Notes under the pieces: generated by a model
The model's input: the letters and a program-made list of their open reading frames with translations, nothing else
What the model was told of the DNA's origin: nothing
Databases searched by the model: none
In this document: one piece after another, positions 1 through 8,155 of the stretch
Numbering within the stretch: the stretch's first letter is position 1
How the letters are laid out: each line of letters starts with the position of its first letter
From: Salpingoeca rosetta
Lineage: Eukaryota; Protista; Choanoflagellata
Assembly (NCBI GenBank): GCA_033442325.1
Contig: JAWQFM010000002.1
Span: 1,470,666-1,484,609, forward strand
DNA: 13,944 nucleotides
Reading direction: 5' to 3'
Translations under genes and position numbers: made by a program

Positions 1-20
1 GTGTGTGTGTGTGTGCGTGT

Positions 21-26
<6 letters not shown>

Positions 27-101
<75 letters not shown>

Positions 102-529
102 CATCTGTCTGTCTGTGTCTGTCTGTGTGTCTGTGTCTGGGTCTGTGTCTGTGTAACACTCTATCTGGCCAACTTCATGAGTTTCCCACGCATGTGTGTG
201 TGTGTGTGTGCGTGTGTCTACCGTCGTCTGTGCCGCCTTCGTGGATCACAGTTGTTGCTCCTCGCATGCTCGCTCTCACTGCCTCCACCACCCGCGCCGC
301 GGCCACGGCAGCACGATGCAGGGCACGGTGTGGGCGCTGGTGGCTGAGCGGCTGGTGACGGCGGCAGCATCACAGGCGCCTTTGGAAGATGACTTTGAGA
401 AACAGCCTCTGGATGAGGCGTCGTTTCATCCCGGCATTGAGGACGTGCGAAGTGACCACGCGCGGACCTTCTTCAACCTCATGCTGACCTGCCGTGAGCT
501 CTACCACGACCTGCCCTGGGCAGTGCCAA
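27..529 (+). repeat. Left arm of ~0.5-kb inverted repeat (partner 4066-4582)
   Basis: Reverse complement of the right arm matches this segment; 316<->4279 and 529<->4066 are colinear with identical translation through ...HDLPWAVP. The outer boundary falls inside a (GT)n tract and is approximate. Confidence 0.95.
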
Positions 530-2544
530 AGTGGGGCCTCGCTGTGGTGTTTGAGGATACACCAATGAGGTCACTCGACCAATGGCTCGATAAGTTTCAG
601 GCAGACCTCCTTGGTTCCACAGCACCTGACGCTCTGCCTTCTTCTTCGTCTTGTGACCAGCGTGGTTCCGATGGGCGTGCCGCGCATGCTTCGTGGCTGG
701 AGAACCGCTTCCTTGTGTACTGTTGGCTTGGTGTCACATGGGACGGCAGGTGTTCCTTTTTGCGTTCCAGGCTGCGCGCATCACAGCCAACGACTGCCTT
801 TTCGCGTCGCTTTCGGCATTGCGGGCGCGTGATGTTTGCTTCTTTGGACGATCTCGAGTCTTGGGCGGCGGAAGTGATGCATGCACGCTGCAGTTGCGGA
901 CATGAGCACAGAGCAAGCGTTGCACTAGCGAACACATCAGAGGCACAGGACGACAGCCGCGCCCGTGATCAGCCAGAACATCAACTCGAGCAGCACGACA
1001 CGGCCTGTGCTGGGGAGGCAGGTGTGCTGCCACAACAGCGAGCTGACGATCAACATGTGGCTGCATTAGTGCCGGCCTTGTTCTCCCTGAACGCGACACT
1101 GCAGGGACAGGCTGACGCTGATCGCTGGCATGAGCTGCGCTCCACTGTTTTGGCTGGTGCACGTGGGGACAGGGTGATGCTGGAACTCGGGCAGTCGTTG
1201 TCGTCGCTCGCAGGCGATCACATCGACAACCTTATCATCACTTCCTGGCGTGCGACACTCGGGTGTGCCAGAATTCGGGATGTGGAGCGCGTGACGTGGG
1301 ACTGCAAGTTGCGCGAACAACCCGCTCCTGGTGGCCTCCTGCTTGACAATGTGCAGCACTTTGAAGCACGTGCTCGCGCCTCCCTGCTCAACCTTGATGC
1401 CCTGGCCGATATTCCGAGCATCCAGCTGTCAGGTTGCGACGAGGAGGTCGTCGACCTCTCGCCCCTACCTCGAGTGAAGAAGCTTGTTATCGAGCGCACG
1501 ATCGCCGTCAACTACGAGGCAGCTGTGGCGGCAGTTGAACACGTTCGTCTCGGAAGCACCATGGAGCTGAAGACTGGCACTCTCCACGCCACTCATGTCA
1601 ACCTGTCGCGCACGAGGATTTCAACCGACACGCTGCACCTGCCAAATGCCACCCACATCAAAGCCCCGCGGTCAGGTGTAAAACGGCTGGTCTTCCCACC
1701 CTCCCTCGTGTGGCTTGACATTGAGGGTACTCCACCCGAGATGCCCGAGCTCAAGCATGCGGAAGTGTTGAAACTGCGCACATCCAGTGAGCCACTGTCG
1801 CACGATACCGTGGTCCGTCTCAGTCGCTGCGCGAGCAAGCTCATCCTTCGTGGCCAGTGTGTGCGGCGCGTGAGTGACCTGTGCGGCATCGCAGACAATG
1901 TGCATATCAGCGCGGAGGTGCACGATCTCGACGTGGCAGCGCCCGCCTGTGTGCAGGAGCTGTGTGTGCTCGCGGAGGGCGATGTACGCTGCGAGCTGCT
2001 GGGGCATGTGCCGCGCCTGGTCATTCTTGGTCTGCGCGAGCACCCGATCCGTGATGTCCACCTGCTGTCGGGTCGCAAGTATCTTCATCTCCTGCGCTGC
2101 TCGTTGGACGGGGAGGTTTCGGACTGCGACTTTCTGTTCCTTCAAGCCGCTTATGGGCGCGCTGCCTTGGCATCTATTGGCTCGCTCCTTGTGCACCAGG
2201 CGACTGTGTACGGTCGTTCTTCTACGCTGCCGGCCAGTGACAGCCACGACTCTTCTGGCGTCGCTGGCCTGGTTCTCACGCAGTGTCGTGACGTGTTTAT
2301 GTGTCACCTTCGGCACTGTATTATCAAGGACCTCGCCTGCTTCCAGGGTGTACAACGCCTGATTGTGGACTGCTGCGCATTTGATGTTGGAGACACGCTC
2401 CTTCCGCGTTCTGGTTGCCTTGTCCTGCGCCACTGCGCCAGCACGGACAAGCGGTGGCGTTGGCCTGATGTTGCCCTGGTTGACCGCTCACCGGAGGAGA
2501 TGGCGCGAGTGTTGCTTGCGGGGCGAGAGCGGATGGAGGCATGA
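316..2544 (+). CDS. Intronless ~742-aa protein with F-box-like N-terminus and degenerate leucine-rich-repeat-like C-terminal half
   Basis: Uninterrupted ORF from ATG 316 ([13 protein letters not shown]) to TGA 2542-2544; the ORF-track start at 196 lies in a GT microsatellite. N-terminal '[10 protein letters not shown]...[12 protein letters not shown]' resembles a split F-box. Segments such as [52 protein letters not shown] and [18 protein letters not shown] are LRR-like. The C-terminus is conserved in the paralog fragment at 3774-4064. Domain calls are by eye. Confidence 0.8.
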   Translation: MQGTVWALVAERLVTAAASQAPLEDDFEKQPLDEASFHPGIEDVRSDHARTFFNLMLTCRELYHDLPWAVPKWGLAVVFEDTPMRSLDQWLDKFQADLLGSTAPDALPSSSSCDQRGSDGRAAHASWLENRFLVYCWLGVTWDGRCSFLRSRLRASQPTTAFSRRFRHCGRVMFASLDDLESWAAEVMHARCSCGHEHRASVALANTSEAQDDSRARDQPEHQLEQHDTACAGEAGVLPQQRADDQHVAALVPALFSLNATLQGQADADRWHELRSTVLAGARGDRVMLELGQSLSSLAGDHIDNLIITSWRATLGCARIRDVERVTWDCKLREQPAPGGLLLDNVQHFEARARASLLNLDALADIPSIQLSGCDEEVVDLSPLPRVKKLVIERTIAVNYEAAVAAVEHVRLGSTMELKTGTLHATHVNLSRTRISTDTLHLPNATHIKAPRSGVKRLVFPPSLVWLDIEGTPPEMPELKHAEVLKLRTSSEPLSHDTVVRLSRCASKLILRGQCVRRVSDLCGIADNVHISAEVHDLDVAAPACVQELCVLAEGDVRCELLGHVPRLVILGLREHPIRDVHLLSGRKYLHLLRCSLDGEVSDCDFLFLQAAYGRAALASIGSLLVHQATVYGRSSTLPASDSHDSSGVAGLVLTQCRDVFMCHLRHCIIKDLACFQGVQRLIVDCCAFDVGDTLLPRSGCLVLRHCASTDKRWRWPDVALVDRSPEEMARVLLAGRERMEA

Positions 2545-2573
2545 GGATAGAAAGGGGGAGAGGTAGTGAGTGA

Positions 2574-2613
<40 letters not shown>

Positions 2614-3010
2614 ATGCGTGCCTGCCTTTGTTTGTGTTTGAATGTTACAGGAAACGGGTCACATCCCTTTTCTTGTTTCTTGTGTTTGCTGCTCGTTGTC
2701 CTGCTCGTTCCCTTTGGTCCTGCCATAAACAACCACCTTCGTTCTCTTCGTTCGTGCGAGTGCTTGTGTCATAAGAAATGAATGACCGCACCTATGTAAT
2801 GTAAGATGACAACTAATGAGGTGACAACATCTGTTTCCTTCAGTTGAGTTCGCGTTGGGGCATCGTGTTTGACTGCCTGCAGGCAACGTTCATTCACGCT
2901 CTTCAGGAGTACAACACGTGCAACACACCCATGCAGCACCAGAAAACAAAACAAAAGACATGTATGTAGTGAAGTAGTGAGTGACATACCACTCCACCAC
3001 CTGGCGAAAT

Positions 3011-3019
3011 AAAAAAAAA
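3011..3019 (-). terminator. Pol III oligo-T terminator of tRNA-Leu
   Basis: A9 on + (T9 on -), 7 nt downstream of the tRNA 3' end. Confidence 0.85.
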
Positions 3020-3026
3020 TATCGTA

Positions 3027-3110
3027 TGGTCGGGACGGGATTCGAACCCGCGCCTGCAGAAGCAGATTACGACCTGAACGTAACTCCTTGGACCGCTCGG
3101 ACACCCGACC
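3027..3110 (-). tRNA. trnL-CAG: tRNA-Leu (anticodon CAG), intronless, long variable arm
   Basis: Minus strand GGTCGGGTGTCCGAGCGGTCCAAGGAGTTACGTTCAGGTCGTAATCTGCTTCTGCAGGCGCGGGTTCGAATCCCGTCCCGACCA. Acceptor GGTCGGG/CCCGACC, anticodon stem TTACG/CGTAA with loop TT-CAG-GT, variable stem CTGC/GCAG, T-loop TTCGAAT, discriminator A. Confidence 0.96.
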
Positions 3111-3177
3111 AACACTTCTGTTGTGATGATGATGAATCAATTTTCTTTATGAAAGCATCTAAATTTTTCGCCAGCCA

Positions 3178-3238
3178 CCACAAGCCACAAGCCACAAGCC
3201 ACAAGCCACAAGCCACAAGCCACAAGCCACAAGCCACA
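3178..3238. repeat. (CCACAAG)8+ heptamer tandem repeat
   Basis: Eight perfect CCACAAG units plus a partial unit. Confidence 0.95.
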
Positions 3239-3658
3239 GATGCTGCGCTCAGCACCACGTCCCATTTGTGTTTGTTTCACTGCCTGATGACTTTGTACTT
3301 TGCTGGAGGGAGGATAGCGTAGGGTTCCGAGAAAGGTAGTCCGTCACGTTATTTAACGCAACAACGCGACAACGCGACAACGTAAGAAACGGGCACTGCC
3401 ACACCAGGTTGAAGGAACTAGCCAAAGGACTAACACATGTTTGAACGGCCAACATGATAACGTACTGGAGCAACAGGGAGCAAAAGATTGATAACGGAGA
3501 GGAGGCGGATCGCGCGGTTGGTGAGCAACGGAGAAGAGATGGCATGCTCTCTCGTTGGATTTGAAGGTGGCCGAGCTTGATGGCAAAGGGTTGGACTGGA
3601 TGCTGGGGGGATAAGCACGACACTCATGCGCAAGCATGCACAGACGCCCACACACACT

Positions 3659-3709
3659 CACACGGACACAGAGACACGCACACGGACACAGAGACACGCA
3701 CACGGACAC
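3659..3709. repeat. 20-bp tandem repeat CACACGGACACAGAGACACG x2.5
   Basis: Direct reading; lies in the CA-rich 3' flank of the minus-strand paralog. Confidence 0.85.
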
Positions 3710-3773
3710 CAGTACATCAAGCGCACGTACAGACACACATACAAACACACACATACGCACGCACGCGTGTGCA

Positions 3774-4279
3774 TTATGGCTTGAGTTGCTTCCTGCCTGC
3801 CAGCAGCACGCGGGTGACGTGCTCCGGCGGACAGTCCACAAGTACAAGGTCGGGCCAATGCCATCGCTCATCCGTTGTGCAGCAGCAGCGGAGCACGAGG
3901 CAGCGAACGTGCTGGAGTTGGTCCGGGCTGTCAAACTCGTAGTCGTTCAATATCAGGAGCTGGACACCGAGGAAGCAAGAAAAGCCCTCAATCGTGCACC
4001 ATCGAAGACGCGCCTTGAAGACATCGTGCAGACGCACAATCGACAGCCGACCACTGCCACGCACCTTGGCACTGCCCAGGGCAGGTCGTGGTAGAGCTCA
4101 CGGCAGGTCAGCATGAGGTTGAAGAAGGTCCGCGCGTGGTCACTTCGCACGTCCTCAATGCCGGGATGAAACGACGCCTCATCCAGAGGCTGTTTCTCAA
4201 AGTCATCTTCCAAAGGCGCCTGTGATGCTGCCGCCGTCACCAGCCGCTCAGCCACCAGCGCCCACACCGTGCCCTGCAT
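3774..4279 (-). pseudogene. Chimeric, internally deleted and frameshifted paralog of the 316-2544 gene
   Basis: 4279-4066 is the identical N-terminus. 4064-3774 encodes VRGSGRL...CLVLRCCCTTDERWHWPDLVLVDCPPEHVTRVLLAGRKQLKP*, about 45/97 identical by manual alignment to the last 97 aa of the + gene, with the stop at the equivalent position. The two parts are out of frame (215 nt apart); the ATG frame stops at 3953 (108 aa). Confidence 0.8.
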
Positions 4280-4491
4280 CGTGCTGCCGTGGCCGCGGCG
4301 CGGGTGGTGGAGGCAGTGAGAGCGAGCATGCGAGGAGCAACAACTGTGATCCACGAAGGCGGCACAGACGACGGTAGACACACGCACACACACACACACA
4401 TGCGTGGGAAACTCATGAAGTTGGCCAGATAGAGTGTTACACAGACACAGACCCAGACACAGACACACAGACAGACACAGACAGACAGATG

Positions 4492-4582
<91 letters not shown>
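4066..4582 (-). repeat. Right arm of ~0.5-kb inverted repeat (copy of ~27-529)
   Basis: Contains the same upstream region, ATG (4279) and first 71 codons as the 316-2544 gene. Differences I found are microsatellite unit counts: (TG)8 vs (TG)9 and (GTCT)10 vs (GTCT)9. Confidence 0.95.
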
Positions 4583-4584
<2 letters not shown>

Positions 4585-4812
4585 TGACTGTGGCTGTGAC
4601 TGGCAACTCACGTAGTCACGTCGAACGTATCCCCTGTCCTTGCTTGCCTCCTTCCCTCTCGTCAGTCAGTGCAGCCGCGCGCGATACTGATCGTCCTAGT
4701 GGTGGCGAGGATAGAGTAATGTGAAGATGGGGCAGAAGGAACACGGGCGAGTGCAGAGGAAGACAAGGGGGGCAAAAGGACAGAAGGTGGGGGGGGGGGA
4801 ATGGTTGGCAGC

Positions 4813-5075
4813 ACAGACAGACACAGACGCGCAGACACAGACGCGCAGACACAGACGCAGACACAGAAACACACACACACACACAGACACACAGACACAG
4901 ACACGGACACACACACAGACACATAGACACAAAGACAGACACAAAGACAGACACAAAGACAGACACAAAGACATATAGACACACACACAGACACAGACAC
5001 AGACACACACACACAGACACACACACACACAGACACACACACACACACACACAGAGAGAGAGACACATAGACACA
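4813..5075. repeat. Compound (CA)/(CAGACA)/(AGACACAAAGAC) microsatellite block
   Basis: Direct reading. Confidence 0.9.
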
Positions 5076-5217
5076 TAGAGGCGCTATGTCTGTGGCTGGC
5101 CACTTACGCTGTTGCAAACAGTGGTGTGATGGTGTCTCTCCTTCTCTCGTGGCTCGTTCGGGAGGACTCGCTGCTTTCCTTTCTCTGGCTTGCTTCACTT
5201 GCAGAGCACAAAACCAC

Positions 5218-5227
5218 AAAAAAAAAA
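5218..5227 (-). terminator. Pol III oligo-T terminator of tRNA-Gln
   Basis: A10 on + (T10 on -), 4 nt downstream of the tRNA 3' end. Confidence 0.85.
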
Positions 5228-5231
5228 GATG

Positions 5232-5303
5232 AGGCCACGGAGAGGATCGAACTCCCATTTTGAGATTCAGAGTCTCATGTACTAGCCATTATACTACGCG
5301 GCC
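5232..5303 (-). tRNA. trnQ-CTG: tRNA-Gln (anticodon CTG), intronless
   Basis: Minus strand GGCCGCGTAGTATAATGGCTAGTACATGAGACTCTGAATCTCAAAATGGGAGTTCGATCCTCTCCGTGGCCT. Acceptor GGCCGCG/CGTGGCC, anticodon stem TGAGA/TCTCA with loop CT-CTG-AA, T-loop TTCGATC, 72 nt. Confidence 0.96.
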
Positions 5304-5421
5304 GTCAACTTGTTGTTGTCTGCCGACACGTTGCCAACATCAAACACGCTGGCCTCCTCAACAACAAACAAACGGCTGCTGCACTGTCCTCTTGGCATTC
5401 ACTCACACTGATCGCACAACT

Positions 5422-5540
5422 CACGCACACACGCACACACGCACGCACACACGCACGCACACACACACACACACACGCACACACACGCACACACGCGCGC
5501 GCGCGCGCGCACACACACACACACATACACACACACACGC

Positions 5541-5572
<32 letters not shown>
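5422..5572. repeat. Alternating purine-pyrimidine (CA)n/(CG)n tract upstream of the MFS gene
   Basis: Direct reading; includes about (CG)8 at 5494-5510. Confidence 0.9.
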
Positions 5573-5599
5573 TGTCACACACCACTGTGATGGTGGAAG

Positions 5600-7515
5600 A
5601 TGACGCACCAACACCACCAACACCACCAACACCAGCACCACCAGCACCACCACCACCACCAGCCCCAACCTGCACTGCCATCGAAGCAGGCTTCGTCGCC
5701 ACCCTTGCTGCGCGTGTATGAGGACTGCCTGGACGCGGCAGGGTATGGCAGGTTTCAGCTCGTCCTCCTGTTCCTGTGCGGCGCAACCCTCTTCGCAGAT
5801 GCCACAGAGCTCATGCTCCTCCCCTTCCTCCAGCACAAACTGCAAGCGCCGCCCAACACCCACGCGTACGAGCACACCGGCCCGGGTACCCGCGACACTC
5901 ATGATGTCACCCACGACACGGCCCTCGTCTCCTTCTGGGTCTTCATCGGCATGCTCGTTGGCGCGCTTGTCTCCGGACCACTGGCAGATGTCTACGGCCG
6001 CCGCGCCGCCACCATCTTCTTCACGCTGGTCGTTGCTGTTGCTGGGCTTGCCTCTGTCGCTGCCGCCTCCTCCTTCCAGCAGCTCGTGCTCATGCGCTGC
6101 TGCACGGGTTTTGGCGTGGCCGGCACCCCTGCCGCCCTCACCCTCTACACAGAGCTCACCCCGCGCGCCCATCGCGGCCGCCACCTCATCTACTTCATGC
6201 TCTTCTTCTCCGTGGGCGCCACCGTTGAGGCCCTCCTGGCGTGGTCCGTGCACACCATGGGCGTGCGCGCCCTACTCGCTGTCTCGGCTGTCCCGGCCGT
6301 CATCGCATCGGTTGCTGTCCTCCTCTTCCTTCCGGAGTCACCGCGCTACCTCATCCTGCGGGGCCGCGTGACCCGTGCATCGGACATCCTCACCACCGTC
6401 GCCGCCAGCAACCACACCCTGCATCGCACGCAGCCCCATATTCGCCGTCTCCTGCACCACTGGCATACCGACCGCGATGGCACCTCGCGCGGGGACAGGT
6501 GCCATGCTTTTGCGTCCACCACTACAGACGCCGATGTCTCTCCCACCACAGACGCTAATGTTTCTCCTAGCACCACAGACGCTGACGTCGCACCGACCAC
6601 CAACAGCAACACCAGCACGAACAACAGCAAGGGCGACAACAACACGAACAACAGCAAGGGCGACAACAACACTACCACCACCACCACCACCACATCTGAT
6701 ATCACCACACATAGCACATTGCCATCGTCCGTTGGCTCTGTGCTCTCGCTGTATGCGCATACGCTGCTGAGGCAGCTGCACCGCGATGCCGCATTCGCGC
6801 GCCGCATCGTGGTCTTCGCCACAGAGTTCTTTCTCATGGCCTTTGTGTACTACTTCCTGGTCATGTTCAGCGTCACCTACACCACCCTCGGCGCGTCGCA
6901 CATGTCTGCGAGCGCGTATGTGAGCGTTGCTCTGGCCAACCTGGCGGAGATACCGGGCCTCCTCATTGCCATGCGCTTGCTCGACACGGTTGGCCGCATC
7001 AACACCATCACCATCATGTTCTTCGTCTGCGCTGCCGGCACCCTGCTGCTGGCGTGGACCCCGCTGCCCCACAGCAGCACCACGACCACGACTACGACCA
7101 CCACGACCAACACCAGCAGCAGTGATAGCGCGATGCCGCCCGTGGTGTGGCAGGTGGTACGCGACGGTCTCATGTTTGTGATGCGCGCCAGTGCGCTTGG
7201 CTTCAACCAGTCGCTGTGGATCTTCACCACAGAGTCGTTCCCCACCAGCCTGCGCGCGTCCTCCCTGGGGTTCACCACGGCCTTTGCGCGGGTGGGCGGG
7301 GCGCTCAGCCCCTTTGTTGTTGGGCGCATGTACGTTGCTGCGCCGACGGCCACCATGTATCTTGTTGCCGCAACTGCTGCCCTTGCTGGCATTCTTATCC
7401 GCAAGGTACACCACTATCGTTGTCAGGGGGTGGGTGAGGGGGGGGGGATGGTTGTTATTGTGTTTTGCTGTGCTGTGCTGTGCTGTGCTGTGCTGTGCTG
7501 TGCTGTGCTTTGATC

Positions 7516-7588
<73 letters not shown>

Positions 7589-7757
7589 GGAGATGTGTGG
7601 AGATGCTTGCTAGCTTGCTCGCTGACTTTTGCACTTCTATTGCTCCTGCTCAACCGCTCCCTGCTCCTCTAACACACAGGTTGGAGAAGACACTGCTGCC
7701 AAAGGGCTGGTTGAGAGCGCGCAAGATGGGCCACAGGATGGTGTACAGGATGCATGA
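5600..7757 (+). CDS. Major facilitator superfamily transporter, SV2/SVOP-like (sugar/organic ion transporter clade); exons 5600-7405 and 7680-7757, ~627 aa
   Basis: MFS motifs: GYGRFQ before TM1, [16 protein letters not shown] (motif A), [51 protein letters not shown]. Phase-0 intron AAG|GTACAC (7406) to CTAACACACAG| (7679) gives terminal [25 protein letters not shown], resembling the PETKG-type C-terminal motif. Confidence 0.9.
7465..7588. repeat. (TGCTG)n and (GT)n microsatellites within the MFS intron
   Basis: Direct reading. Confidence 0.9.
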
Positions 7758-8018
7758 GGTGTCAGCGGCGTTCTGTTACGGCCGCTCGTATGCTGCAGGT
7801 GCGTTGAGCGCGGCAGCGCCAACACGCGCGCACACACTCCACACTAACCACGTTATTGTATGCTATGCTAAGCTAAGCTAAGCTAAGTGAACCGGCTAGT
7901 CATCGCCACCACACGCAATCGTTTGATGTATGCATGAAGTACTGCACTTAAAACGAGCAACGTGTGGTGACCGAAGGCTATGTCCAACAACGTGGCACCA
8001 CGAGCGAGGGCACACACA

Positions 8019-8051
<33 letters not shown>

Positions 8052-8155
8052 GCACACAAGCACACAAGCACACAAGCACACACACAAGCACACACACACA
8101 CACACACACACACGGCATTCCTCGGAAAACACAGCAAGTCTTCCCGACTTTCAAC

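Noticed and set aside
196-315. 40-aa N-terminal extension given by the ORF track
   Set aside because: Starts at a non-ATG codon inside a (GT)n tract whose length differs between the two copies; the first in-frame ATG is 316.
3027-3110. tRNA with long variable arm and TCA in the loop read as tRNA-Sec or opal suppressor
   Set aside because: The stem TTACG/CGTAA frames the 7-nt loop TTCAGGT, so the anticodon is CAG. The 7-bp acceptor and A discriminator fit tRNA-Leu.
3178-3238. Heptamer array as telomeric repeat or CRISPR
   Set aside because: No spacers, not TTAGGG-like, internal location, eukaryotic context.
3120-3345. Box C-like TGATGA motifs suggesting a C/D snoRNA
   Set aside because: No convincing paired D box with terminal stem found by eye.
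27-4582. Inverted repeats as transposon terminal inverted repeats
   Set aside because: The arms are a gene's own 5' region, no transposase motif is visible inside, and no target-site duplication can be identified.
4434-5258. ORFs rich in CVCV/HTHT here and throughout the window
   Set aside because: Translations of stop-free dinucleotide microsatellites.
5399-7414. Long minus-strand ORFs 5399-6253, 6338-7414 and similar
   Set aside because: Antisense shadows of a GC-rich CDS with no recognisable motifs.
7406-7513. MFS C-terminus ending in (CCAVL)n as in the 637-aa ORF
   Set aside because: Read-through into an intron made of (TGCTG)n; the spliced exon 7680-7757 gives a more family-like ending.
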